The notes beneath the pieces were generated by a model. It was not told the DNA's origin, did no database searches, and worked only from the letters and a program-made list of their open reading frames with translations. The position numbers and the translations under genes are program-made. A DNA stretch of 64,000 nucleotides from Octopus vulgaris (lineage: Eukaryota): assembly GCA_951406725.2 (NCBI GenBank), contig OX597814.1, positions 173,352,001 to 173,416,000 of the forward strand, written 5' to 3'. Positions 39,733 to 53,535 of this stretch are shown here, piece by piece (position 1 is the first letter of the stretch; the number at the start of each line of letters is the position of its first letter).

Positions 39733-40117
39733 CCTATGTATATATGTATGTATGTGCAACCTGTGGTAAAGTGTGCCTTTCAGTCGGAGGATCGAAAAGG
39801 TACGTCAAAGAACTCCACATTGTGACACCTGTTCCTTCTGCCAGCCAGCACAGCTGTGCATTATGCAATAAAATATGCACACCTTTGGTGAGGCCCAAGA
39901 GTCATATAGGGGCCTCACATTTCATTATCAATGGCTCATTTCAATGATTCTTTCTAACAATGGATTTGCTCGTATATTGAAAGCAACTAGTGTGTATGCA
40001 TGTATGTATGCGCGTATGTATGACTGTATTCGTGTATGTGCGTATGCATGTATATACGTATATATGTCTGTAAGTATGTATATATATATGTATATATAAG
40101 CATATATATATATATAC

Positions 40118-40427
40118 ATCACCGTGAACACCGTGACCGACCAGGCTATCAGATGTTGCTACACATCGCTGGTCACAATGCGCTTCGCATTGTTTTTGCG
40201 TTCAAATGACGCCACCCCGCTGGCTAAATGAGCAGACCAACAGAAGAAAGAGTGAGAGATAGTTGTGGCGAAACAGTACAGCAGGGATCACCTCCACCCC
40301 CTCCCGGAGCATCGAGGAGCTTTAGGTGTTTTCGCTCAATAAACACTCACAACGCCCGGTCTGGGAATCGAAACCGTGATCCTACGACCGCGAGTCTGCT
40401 GCTCTAACCACTGGGCCATTGCGCCTT

Positions 40428-40428
<1 letters not shown>
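40118..40428 (-). mobile_element. SINE family C head with tail type 3
   Basis: Same head; 3' part GCGAAGCGCATTGTGACCAGCGATGTGTAGCAACATCTGATAGCCTGGTCGGTCACGGTG. Confidence 0.85.
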
Positions 40429-40501
<73 letters not shown>

Positions 40502-41134
40502 TGTGTGTGTGTATGTATACGTGTATGTAAGCATGTGCGTATGCATACAAATAGGCGCGTAAGCGCGCAGACGCAGCTGGCGCGTCACTGTTTCTCTGTT
40601 GGCATTCATTTCGCTCTTCATGATCCTTTAGGAGAAATTTTTAACATAGACAAGTAATTCTCCACATGCTTTAATAGAAAAATATTCCGTCTTTCATCTT
40701 CCAAACATATCCTGTCACTGAATCCATTTAAATCACAAATAGGATAATTTTTCTCTAAAATCATTTCGTTCAACAAAACACTTTGTGGAAATTTATATTT
40801 CACATGATCTCTCCAACACTGTAAAAACAAAGTTAGTCAACGACCAATTGTGAGTCGTCCATTTTTGGGTAGAATTATCCTGTCGGCCTTCAAACGATAA
40901 CCACCATATAACCTGAGAGGAATTAAAATGTGAAATTTTGTTTTTTCTTAAGAACATCTTTCTTTTATCAAAATTTTCCAGAATGAAAATGAAGTGCTGG
41001 TAACAGTGAAGTGTCAACGAAACGCCTGCTGAATATTGATATACAACTATACTCTAAAATCCTTATTGAGTTCATATCTCTTTTTAAGGCTCGAAAATGC
41101 GCATATGTGTGTATATGTAAGTATACATGTAGAT

Positions 41135-41170
<36 letters not shown>

Positions 41171-41241
41171 TGTTTCTTTATTAGCCACACAGGGCTGCAC
41201 ACAGATAGAACAAATTACAAGGTAGAGCTTTTCTTTTGAAG

Positions 41242-41278
<37 letters not shown>

Positions 41279-42429
41279 AAGGGGGAGTTTCGATCAAAAG
41301 GGATGGTAAAAGGAGAGAAAGAGGACAAAAAAAGGGGGGGTTAAAAAAAAAAGGGGGAGAGGAAAAAAAATTGATCAATAGGGATCGTTATCACAGAAAT
41401 GTCAATATGAAGTGTAAAGGGGAGGACAGGTGAGGTTTACCCGTGGAAAGAAAAGCCTACGGAAAAGACCACGGTAACCTCGGTCAATGAAGTCACATTT
41501 TATATTTCTTTTTTTTTTTTTTTTTTTTTTGCAAATAAGCAACTCTCTGTTTTCGATTTCTGGGTTCATAGGACTATGCTCAAGGTGGCTTCGTCATTCA
41601 TACGTGCCATTCTTGCTACATTCACCCATCTTTTTTAAAACATTCGCTAGACAAAACTTGCCTCTCTACTCTCACTTTCCTTTTCAAGTGGTACTTGAAG
41701 AAGTTGATGAGAGATTGACCAGAGAGGAAAGTGTTTGTCTCCAATCCTTTCAGACGCGTCCACCAGATACATTCTTTCGCCATAGCCACAAGGATGATGA
41801 AAATAGCTCTTCCTTCCCGTTTGAAGGAAGGAGGCGTGACAATATTGACGATAGACTCAGCTGATAAACCGACTCGTCCCACACGTGACAGCAGTTGTTC
41901 TACATAAGCCCACAGGTCGGAAATTGTTGGGCACTGAACGAGTGCGTGCAGAACGGTTTCGTCGCTCTGACCGCATCTCGGGCAGGTCGGCCCCGTGTTT
42001 CTCGAGCCGTGTCTGTAGAGCTTATCCCGAACGGGTAGCGCTTCTCGGTAGCACTGCCAGGCCAGGGATCTCTGGAAGTTGTCCATGGGCCCTGACCCGA
42101 ACGTCGTCCTGAACAGGCGGGTCAGGTACTCCTCGTCGACGTCCAGGTTCGCCCCGAGTTCGTCGTCGTACCTCCCCTCCACTAAACCCCTATAGAATGC
42201 TTTGGTTGTGTTGAAGTCACTTAAGGTCGACCCAGGACGGCAGAGTTGCTTGAGAGCAACGCGACACTCGCGGTGCCATTCGCCCTTCCTCGGCCTCTTT
42301 TTGATCCACGACTGCAGTTCGGTCATGGAGACGAGCTGCGGGAGAGCGTGCCTCACAAACGGCGACCACACCTGTTCACCGTCGTCTACATAGAGCCAGA
42401 GATGCCGCAGTCTCAGCGCGTGTCTGCGC

Positions 42430-42430
<1 letters not shown>
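41171..42430 (-). mobile_element. 5'-truncated Tx1/L1-clade LINE 3' end inserted in (GATA)n
   Basis: ORF2 C-terminus with zf-RVT-type motif LAWQCYREALPV...CPRCGQSDETVLHALVQC; pyrimidine-rich 3' UTR with AATAAA; GATA repeats on both flanks. Confidence 0.9.
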
Positions 42431-42466
<36 letters not shown>

Positions 42467-42556
42467 CAGACAAACAGGCTTATATACATAAATACATACA
42501 TACATGCATATATGTATATGCATGTGTGTCTATGTGTGGATATATATATATATATA

Positions 42557-42820
42557 TATATTATATTGAGGGTACTACTATTCGTTAATACCAACACGCT
42601 AAGAGGGACCAACGTGGTCAAAACTACTAAAAATAAACAAAATTTTTACCGAATGCAAAACTTCAAAACACATCATTTTAAAAAAGAATTCTTTTTTAAA
42701 ATGATGTGTTTTGAAGTTTTGCATTCGGTAAAAATTTTGTTTATTTTTAGTAGTTTTGACCGCATTGGTCCCTCTTAGCGTGTTGGTATTAACGAATAGT
42801 AGTACCCTCAATATAATATA
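42557..42820. repeat. 264-bp zero-spacer palindrome centred on GAATTC
   Basis: 132-bp arms, symmetry axis between 42688 and 42689, only two mismatches (AACGTGGT vs AATGCGGT). Confidence 0.95.
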
Positions 42821-42920
42821 AATGAATATTTTCAAAGAGGAAGAATTTACGGATTTTTTCTCTTACGAGGTTTTTCACGCTGACTACTGATAATTTCTTT
42901 TAAAGATTTTATCCTCAATT

Positions 42921-42954
<34 letters not shown>

Positions 42955-42959
<5 letters not shown>

Positions 42960-43190
42960 TAATCCAAACAAGAAAGCACAAAAAAACACACAACAACGCG
43001 AGGACGTGGAACAAATATAGTATTATTGGACGCTCAGGAAAGAAGGAAAGAAGGAGTGTTTAACGTTTCGAGCGGAGCTCTTCGTCGGAAACATAAGAGA
43101 AGGAAAGATTCAGAGAAGGGAAGACAGAGGAAAAAAATCGCCAACGGTACACACGAGGTCACATTTTGAAATAGCCGGCCGCCAACACTT
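42955..43190 (-). mobile_element. PLE pLTR-like fragment abutting (TA)n
   Basis: Contains a hammerhead motif; a truncated relative lies at 46010-46090. Confidence 0.6.
43058..43092 (-). ncRNA. Minimal hammerhead-like motif with CCGACGA core
   Basis: GTTT-CCGACGA-A-GAGC-tcc-GCTC-GAAA-CG-TT-AAAC. Confidence 0.65.
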
Positions 43191-43469
43191 TTACCGCAAA
43201 ATAGGGGTAGCATATCCTGTTCAGGCTATATTATTAGCATTATCCTGCGTTTGAGAATTTAAAATCCCTTCTTTAACTTTCTAAGACATCTCAACGCTTC
43301 TAAAGCAAACTTCGTTTGTTTGTTTACGTTCATCGTAGGTTGAATTTAACATATGATAGCGTCTCATAAAGCGAGATTTCTATATATATAAATATATATC
43401 TTAAATTTGCAGAAGAATTTGTGGTGTGAGCGGTTTAGCTTTATGGTTCAGAGCACCGCGACGCGTAAA

Positions 43470-43518
<49 letters not shown>

Positions 43519-44121
43519 CAACGAAAGTAAAAAAATAATGCCTAAAATTGGCAGTTGAAAATTGCAAACGAATACCGTCTGCACAGCACTCTGCCCAGTT
43601 TTGCGGGAACTTCTTATTGTTAATTCTTACCTGTATTCACAATTTTGTTCATCAATAAAGAACGCGTCTGAAACATCTGTAGTGAAACGCAACCCAACTG
43701 TGTTACTGCTTATTCTTCAACTAACTCGGAGCCTTCCATACGTTTGGATCTGAAGTGGATTACGTGCAGTAGGTGAATCTTGGTATGACTTTAATGACAC
43801 GTTGTATATTCGGTCAATTATTTGTGAGTGTATGCATAACTGGAAGGGCAAGTCCGTATTTAATTCAGTTAGTAGGTATATGTCAGTATACATTGTTGGT
43901 ATACAGATGCGCTCTCACCAATTCTAGCTTAATGCTTTTACTATTTAAATAACTGATTCTTTCAAATCCTGGAGATTTTTAAATTCCACACACACACACA
44001 AATACACACACGCATGCAAGCACACACGCACGCACATACATACACGCACTCACACAGACACGCACACACACACACACACTTGCACATACGCGCGCGCGCA
44101 CATACACATACATACGCACAC

Positions 44122-44169
<48 letters not shown>

Positions 44170-44502
44170 ATGCAGATATATATGTATATATGTATGTAAT
44201 ATAATTTTTCTGAATCTTCAGATATTAATATGCTACACCACTAGTTTTAAGTTAATATTAATCAAATTAATATTCAAATTTTCACCCTTATTATTTTAAA
44301 TTTAAGTTTAAATAACTATGTTCTCTAACAGGCAAAATTCACTGCAGAGAATTGTTTTCTGCAGAATTATTTCCGGTATTTTAGCGGGCCAAAACGATGA
44401 CTTTTGAAAGATAACCCCAAGTGTAATTGGTAGAACTGTATACATGTTCAATCTTATGCAGAAGTCTCGTGTATAGTTCTGCAAATTATATTTGCAATGA
44501 CG

Positions 44503-44574
44503 ATCATACTGATGAGCTACGGACAATTACGTAAGTAATTTGCGTAAGTGGTAATAGCGAAATTAGTTTATGAT
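44503..44574 (+). ncRNA. Type I hammerhead ribozyme, canonical core, within a pLTR-like insert (about 44200-44725)
   Basis: Stem I ATCATA/TATGAT; CTGATGA (44509-44515); stem II GCTA/TAGC with G-C base and internal TTACGTAA/TTGCGTAA hairpin; GAAA (44559-44562); short stem III AATTAGTT (one change from palindrome AACTAGTT); triplet GTT. Confidence 0.8.
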
Positions 44575-44774
44575 TATTTCTATATTTTGTTTCTTTTGAT
44601 TTGTCTTGCTCGCATACGTTCTGGCATTTGCTAAATTTTCGTGAGAACATTTCTTTCTAAGTGGTAAGACCATAGCGGAACTACTTCTAGCATAATGGAT
44701 GTCCACGTAGTGGTCATCCCTCTTATATGTATGTATATATGTAGATAGTTAGATAGACATGCACACACACACAT

Positions 44775-44822
<48 letters not shown>

Positions 44823-44944
44823 GCATATACATAGACACATGCACGCAGTCACCGTGTCACCATGCAAGCCTCAGAGCAGTGTATGCATGCATCTTGCCCT
44901 CCACTCTCTACCCCTATCTCTCTCTCCAGTCTTTCTACCTCTTC

Positions 44945-44976
<32 letters not shown>

Positions 44977-45029
44977 TTCCCTCCCTATATATATGATATG
45001 TACATAGAAGTATGTAAAAGCACAGGTTT

Positions 45030-45262
45030 GTTATTTCTATATTGCGCAGAAGGGCCTAAACATAGGGAGGACAAACAAGGACAGACAAACGGATTAAATC
45101 GATTACATTGACCCCAGTGCGTAACTGGTACTTAATTTATAGATCAAGAAAGAATGAAAAGCAAAGTCGACTTCGGTGGAATTTGAACTCAGAACGTAAC
45201 TGCAGACGAAATACTGCTATGGATTTCGTCCGGTGTGCCAACGTTTCTGCCAGCTCGCCAGC
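45030..45262 (-). mobile_element. SINE family B
   Basis: Reverse complement matches the 5682 copy. Confidence 0.85.
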
Positions 45263-46186
45263 GTTTGTGTGCTTTGCACGAGTGCTCGAGCGTAATATTT
45301 ATATACCGATGACTTGATGTAGGTTACCCATTCGTTTACAAAACAATAAATAAGTAAATAGATAAAATAATTAAGTAAATAAATAAAACACACATGAACA
45401 CGTTAAGATTAAGCAGTATAATTTTAGCGCTTGTGTTTCTAGCAACAATATCTAATAACATCAACAAATTTTGTGTTGATAGCTTTCACTACCTGGATTA
45501 TTATATCTGTTCCTGGATCGATTAATTGCTGCAGGAAAGCGTATTAAAGAGCTGATTTTCCAATTAGCAGAAATAAGCGAAATGCGCTCCACGGTGAAAA
45601 TCAATTAATTCTTAGCTAAGACATTGTTCGTGTATGTCAATATATTTATGAATCGCTTGATGAATCATGATGGATGGATTTAAAATGTAGGCTAGTGATT
45701 CCGTCTACCACCATCACCACTGCCTGATTCACTCTGTATATGTATGAAGTGCGCGTGTACGTGTGTGTGTGTGTGTTTATATACATACATTCGCACACAT
45801 ACATGTATGTACGTATGGTAGATAAGCACACATAAACCTATGCAGTGCATTTTTAGTTCAGTTAAGCGATAAAACTGATCATATTTGATAGTGTGTGTGT
45901 GTGTGTGCGTATTTATATATATGTGAGTGTGTGTGTGTGTGCTTAATTTATATATATTTAATTTGTATATGTGTGTGTATGTATGTATATATATATATAT
46001 ATATATAATTTTAATCCAAACGGGAAACAAAAAAACAACAACAAGGGAACAATTACAGTATTATTATTAATAGGCGCTCAGGAAATGGAAATGCATATAT
46101 GTATATATGTATGAATATGTGTATGCATATATGTATAACATAATATATGTATGTGTGCATGTAATATATAAATATATATATAACAA

Positions 46187-46278
<92 letters not shown>

Positions 46279-46575
46279 TACGTGTGTGACTGTATGTATG
46301 CATGTGTGTCTGTCTTTATGTACGTGTATGAATGTAGGTCCAACCACAAATGTATGTCGATGTATGTATATACATGAATTTCTATGTTTGCGTTTCTGGT
46401 ATGTATGTTTATACCTACATACATACATGCATGCATACATAAATACTTACATACGTACATACATGCATTCTAAATGAATGTATACATATACACAGATGTT
46501 TGTATATGTGAGCGAGTGTGATTTGCGTATCTTTACCGTACTCTCTCTCACTTTCTTTCTCTCAGCCCCTCTCTC

Positions 46576-46615
<40 letters not shown>

Positions 46616-46644
46616 AAGTATCATATGTATATATGATAAGTATC

Positions 46645-46684
<40 letters not shown>

Positions 46685-46766
46685 TTATACATATATATAT
46701 AAATACATATATACATATATATACATATATAAATACATATGTACATATATACATATATATGCACAT

Positions 46767-46823
<57 letters not shown>

Positions 46824-46843
46824 CATTTATATATGTATATATG

Positions 46844-46940
<97 letters not shown>

Positions 46941-49823
46941 CATTCATTCATTCACTTATCTCCTTATCTTTCTATTCCACCTAACTTTCAATTACAGCAT
47001 CTTGTTATCTCCATACCTTTCTAGCATGCCTGTCTCTATCTTTTTGGAACTCAAACTTCCTATCTATTTCTGTAACTGTTTACCTAGTCACTCGCAATAT
47101 CGTTTCACAAGCTAACAAAAGTTGCTACCTCTGGAGATAGAGAGCTACCATCAACGTACCTACTACATAAATGGATGTATGTAACGATGGGTGAATGTCA
47201 CTGCATTCTACCTTTATCTGACCATACTCTTGTTTTCCATTATTGTATTTCAATGAAAATGCTTAAAAGTACTTCTGTTTTGATAATAATGTAGCTACCT
47301 CTCTAAATATCGCAAGGAAACTGTCCACTAATTTGTGAATCTAAGGAGCTGGACATTTCAGTTGTCAATCTAGACATTTTGACAAGAGACATTTCGAGTA
47401 ATTGCTATTTGATTATTTATAAGGCAAAAAATTGTTATTTGCCCTGTGTAGGGTGAGAGCTGAAACGATGACTTATATATTTTCTTTTATTTCTATTCAT
47501 ATTAATAAAATAATTTTATTTATACATTCCAGCAGACTCGAGCGCAAGTATGCAAGTCCTTGCTGTATGCAACACAGGAGAACTTCTCCTGCGTCCGACG
47601 ACAATTTGTTCATAACTCTCTCGTTTCACTGGCAGAAGGGATTCTGACACACTGGTGTTTCGACATTTTGCTTCTCGTCACCCAGACGTACTAGGACCAG
47701 TAATTCTCAACAAGCCAGTGACTTTGTAATTTCAGTGAACAAATCGCATGCTGATATCTGACAATCGTGAATAAGGTATTTTGATCAAAATGGACGCTGA
47801 TTTGGGTTAGATGCGTTCGTTCACCTAACGATATCGTTACAATTTCGGAGAATGACTTGAGTGTAGCGTTGTGATTCAAACTTATGGCAAGTTGGTGGTA
47901 AAGCTATAAGATAATAAATCATTTGGTTCATGCCTTATTTACTTCAAATCCATCCTTCTACTTCTAATTCAAACCCCTGCAGATTCCACTCTTCCAAGAT
48001 TGCTAAAATATGTTCTAACTGTCGGAGTTGTTCTTTAGCTCCAGATCTGGACTAATCGAGAAGCAGCCCTATGAGATCAAAGTAGTTCAATTCCAAACCT
48101 TGGCAGTCTCGTTTTTCTATTTGCCCAAAACCACATTAATCTACGTAGCCTTCCTTTTTGTAAAACTACAAAGTTATATGAGGAAGATTCGGATAGTATT
48201 TATGGCAGGTCATGGGGCAACGTTATTGTTCTCTTATACATGAATGCACTTATGTCGATTACATCGAGTATAGCACATCTATGAGTTGTGGATTGCCTGA
48301 ATTGTTGAGCTAAAACACAATATTCTGCCATGTATGGACATGTGTCTTTGCGTTTTGAGCAGTTCAAATGCCGCTAGATCGAATTTGCTTTTAATTTTTC
48401 TTGAAGGCAATGAAGTAAATACCAGTGATGTGCTGGTGACTGATTTAATCGATTGTAGCCTTCTACCAAATATTTTAACATTTTAAAATATAAGAATTCA
48501 GAGCTGCTGGGAGTTTCAGTGACATGATTTATTGATGTAATAGATCGTTGACATAGCATATAGCAGAACCTAAGTACGCAAATCGTTGTCCAGTGCGTCA
48601 AAGAAGAATTTTTCTCTTGTACGATTATAATGTGTCCATAACGTACTCGGATCACTGGAGCAATGGATTTAGGGGTATCAGTGTTTTGACATTTTTGACC
48701 CAGAAGTAGCCTATGAGGTGTCGCATACATGCATACATACATACATACATACATACATACATACATACATACATACATACATACATACATACATACATAC
48801 ATACATACATACATACATACATACATACATCTGCATATGTATATATACATACATATAATATGCGCGTTTGCTTAAATATTTACTCGCTTATATTTGCACA
48901 TGTATATGTACATATACATGAACATATATGTATACATACATGTATTATATATAAATACATATATACATGCCTATGTAAACTACTTACATATATTTTTTAT
49001 GCATATACTTGATATAAATGTTTGTGTGTATATTAATGTAAATACTTTACGAAATTCAAAATTACTGAAGGATTTTTCATAAAACAAAACGTGTGTATGC
49101 TACTCGAGATAAATTTAAAAGCAGGTAGAGTAACTAACATTATGTTTCTGTATAAAATGCAACTTCCGCCGATCTTAACATAACGTAAGAGAGCTAGCTG
49201 TCTTATTGAGATGTGTAGCTGATATGTTTATTAGCTAATTGCAGTCATCCATCATCGACTTGAGCGAAGTGTTTGAAATAAAACCGGTTTACATTTAACA
49301 TAAAATCCGTAACAATAAGTGTCTGAAGTTTGACTGTTTCATAGCTTCAATAACACATTTCACCGGCATTTTTATGTCTTTCGTTCAACAAGCGTGGCAA
49401 CCGACGCTGCCATTGCAGTGAGAGAAACATTTCATATATGTGCCAGATTATCTGTACTAAAGTCTTGTTTGATAATAATGGCGGCTGTTAACAGTCAATT
49501 ACGGTAAGCTTGTCTACCATGTTGAATCCAGCGGAAACAGTCGCCATTCGTCTTGTAAAATGATGGCTTTCTACTAATAGATATTGGTGCTGATTAAAAA
49601 CTAAAAACAAAACAAAAATCAAGTCAGTGGTTTCTAACATAAAGGAGTGAGGAAGGCTGAGTTTAAAATATAGTTCTAACTTGAATGGCGTAATGTTGTA
49701 TTAAATAAAGTAGCACTTAGAAATTAATGCAGCGTTAAAAATGTTTATGTATAAATTAACGACTGTTCCTCTTCTTTCAGCTTCTCCACTATTCTCTCTT
49801 TCTCTTTCTCTCTCTCTCCCTCC

Positions 49824-49867
<44 letters not shown>

Positions 49868-50656
49868 CTCGCTCTCTCGCCCTCTAAATCTATCTTTCTA
49901 TCTATCTAGCTATCTAGTAAGTTAGCTATGACCCTTTTCCACTATCTTGCACTGGCTTTATTTCTTTGACTATCATTCTGATTAACTCTCTTTCTATTTA
50001 TCTATTTCCTTGCTTCTTGATATATAAACATATATATATATATATATATATATATGATTATTGCTCAGTTAATGATGAATTCCAATCAACTGTACATTAT
50101 ATTTGGAATGTTAAATGGCAATAGAACTATTAAAAAGAACGAGTGACTCCTGCAAAGACAACGCTGAAAATGCTAGGAATTATTATTATGGAAATAATAA
50201 TAAAAGCCAAAAATAATACATGAAGTTAAAACAAAAGCAAAAGCAGGGATAAACTATCGCTCGACGTTCTGGAAATACCAGCCAAATCATCATAAAATTA
50301 TACAGTTGCATTTGTTAGGTAACCTTTAGGAAATCTTCGAATGTAAAGGTTTACTCTATTCGAGTTTTTGTTGTCTGTTACCCAGATTTATATGAAACTT
50401 CTTTCCATGCTCTGATGAGTGGATTAAAGAAAATATCAGCGTTACTGTTTTACTTTACGTAAGAGACCTACATTTATATGTCTTATCGTGTTTGTTTGTG
50501 CGTCTGTTTAAATACATACGCATATATACACATATACTGATTTAACTACACACTTTACGCAGTTAACTTAACTACATATAAGTAGTTTTCTGGTTAATAT
50601 ATCTACTTTATCATTGATATAACTGCAGCTATCAATGAATTATGTGTTCCTCATCA

Positions 50657-50987
50657 TTGAGTGCCAGTTTAAAGTCTTAAAGCTTCATGGAAGTCTTGAA
50701 TATGTGGTGTAATTTATTTGGAAAAAGAATTATTTTTAAATGCAATTCTTTTCCCATATAAATTACACTCAGTTATGAGTCTCTTGTATCTTATGGAAGA
50801 AACAGTTGTAAGCTAATGCAGTTTATTTCTTTAAATTTATTTCTTTGTCATCTTAGTTTCTTATATATATATATATATAAGGATAAGGTCGTTATTTAAA
50901 ATACCGATCTTATAATGTGGTTAACATGAGAATAAAAACCTCAAAGGTAATAATTAATTATTAAAATTGTAATTAATTATAATGATA

Positions 50988-51027
<40 letters not shown>

Positions 51028-51647
51028 CGTATAAATATATGCATATACACATACATATATGTACATACCTACATATATATGTATACATACATGCATATAT
51101 GGGTACAGGACATCTAAAAATCGTTGAACACAAGGAGAAACGAAAACATAAAAACAAAAACTTAAAAACGAACTTTTTTTTCGAACAACGAAAAAAAAAG
51201 CAAAGAGAAAAACGAGACATGCAACATAAAGAATATTCTCCTTCTTCAGTTGTCCCTGTTTCGTCAACTCCGCGTTAAGAAGGCAAGGACAATACGCGAC
51301 TTCGTTGAAACAGTCCTTCCCGCAAAGCAAATTAAATAAAATTTGGGATTTTTTGTGGAGGGTGAAAGTGGTAACAAGAACAGGACAGTGAGAACAAAAC
51401 AGTAAAAACAAACAAGATAGATTCTCTTACGTCACGTGTCAGCGACGAGATAAGAAACTAAGATGACAAAGAAGTAAACTTCATTAGCTTACAACTGTGT
51501 CTTCTTCCATAAGATGCTGTAGACTCATAAGTGAGTGTAATTTATTTGAGGAAAAGAATTGCATTTAAATATAATTCGTTTCCCAAGTAAATTACGCCCC
51601 ATATTCGAGGCTTCCATGAAGCTTTAAGACTTTACGCTGGCACTTAA
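50657..51647. mobile_element. Diverged 200-bp inverted repeats (50657-50863 / 51451-51647) enclosing (TA)n and further inserts
   Basis: AAAGTCTTAAAGCTTCATGGAAG / CTTCCATGAAGCTTTAAGACTTT and TTCTTTGTCATCTTAGTTTCTTA / TAAGAAACTAAGATGACAAAGAA. Confidence 0.8.
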
Positions 51648-52037
51648 TCATGTGTCCACTGCATCTTGTGATGGGAACTGCTGTAAACTAATGAAGATCC
51701 TGCGACTATCGTTAATTCCTTCGTCATCTTATTTTCTTATTAATGCTCTGTACTCTACTAACGATTCATTCTGAAGCATCGTGATATTGAGTTCTAAACC
51801 AGGCTTAGTCTCGCAATGCGAAATATAGCGTTTTTATACAAAATGCCATAGACTAGCTTTCATTCCGAAGAGTTATTCAATCTAATTTTATTTTCTTCAT
51901 TGACTAGATGCTTCTTATTGAATCTGAAAGATTTAGGAGTTTGTTTCAAGGGTTTACCAATCAAATAGGCTATACGACAACGTGTGGGTCATTGAGCCCA
52001 GACAAATATTTAAAGGCTAGTGAAGTGGTAGTCATAC

Positions 52038-52405
52038 TCTCTTTTTACTCTTTTACTTGTTTCAGTCATTTGACTGCGGCCATGCTGGAGCACCGCCTTT
52101 TGTCGAGCAAATCGACCCCAGGACTTATTCTTTTCGAAGCCTAGTACTTATTCTATCGGTCTCTTTTGCCGAACCGCTAAGTTACGGGGACGTAAACACA
52201 CCAGCATCGGTCGTCAACCGATGTTGGGGGGGACAAACACAGACGCACAAACATATACACACATACATATATATATATATATACGACGGGCTTCTTTCAG
52301 TTTCCGTCTACCAAATCCACTCAAAAGGCCTTGGTCGGCCCGAGGCTATAGTAGAAGACACTTGCCCAAGGTGCCACGCAGTGAGACTGAACCCGGAACC
52401 ATGTG
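52038..52405 (-). mobile_element. SINE family A (head slightly truncated)
   Basis: Aligns to other copies. Confidence 0.9.
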
Positions 52406-52611
52406 ATTATTAACGTTGTTTTGTGTATCATTTAAACATCCTCTGAAATGTGATATTAAATTGCGGGAAATGTAACTGAATATGAAATAATTGTCACGAA
52501 TATGAAATAATTGTCACGCATATCTCAGTAGAATGTGATTATAAGGTGACTATAATAACAACATACTTTTTGATATTGGATTAAATTTTCAAAATATTTT
52601 TAGAATTATCT

Positions 52612-52978
52612 CTTTCTCTCTTTTACTTGTTTCAGTCATTTGACTGCGGCCATGCTGGAGCACCGCCTTTAATCGAGCAACTCGACCCCGGGACTTATTC
52701 TTTGTAAGCCCAGTATTTATTCTATCGGTCTCTTTTTTGCCGAACCGCTAAGTTACGGGGACGTAAACACACCAGCATCGGTTGTCAAGCGATGCTAGGG
52801 GGACAAACACAGACACACAAACACACACACACATATATATATATACATATATACGACAGGCTTCTTTCAGTTTCCGTCTACCAAATCCACTCACAAGGCA
52901 TTGGTCGGCCCGGGGCTATAGCAGAAGACACTTGCCCAAGATGCCACGCAGTGGGACTGAACCCGGAACCATGTGGTG
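52612..52978 (-). mobile_element. SINE family A, subfamily shared with the 56725 copy
   Basis: Diagnostic CCCCGGGAC, GCCCAGTA, ATGCTAGGGGG, ACGACAGGC, AAGGCATTGG, GCTATAGCAG. Confidence 0.9.
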
Positions 52979-53468
52979 TAAATAAATATAATAGTTCATT
53001 CATTAGTTGTTTGGTAAATATGATACAACACCATTGTAATTAAAATACACATTCAAGATAAGGGATCAGTGGTTCTAATTTTTATCCATCCTTCCAAGAA
53101 CACCTTAGAGTCTTCATGCACGAAACGGTATGGAATGGTTTTGAGAGTCCTTTGGCAGTTATTTCTAACAAGTTGATAGACCACCTAGAAGTTCTTTTAG
53201 ACGTTGGCGATAATTCTGTGCTTTTGCGTACTATGTGCATGGTTTGTCGTGTTTGTTTCAGATTGTGTATGTGTGTACATGAATGTGTGTTGTACATGCA
53301 TGCGTGCATCTACGAGTGTGAGTGTTTGTGCGTGTGTGTGTACAGATGTGTTTGTATGTGCTCTGTGAGCGATTGCAGGTGCATATGCATGTACAGAAAG
53401 CAAAACAATATCGACGAAATAGTAGTGGTGGTGGTGGTGGTAGCGGCGGCGGCGGCGGCAGTATTGCT

Positions 53469-53535
<67 letters not shown>

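Noticed and set aside
50408-50445. CTGATGAG as a hammerhead core
   Set aside because: No stem II pairing before the next GAAA
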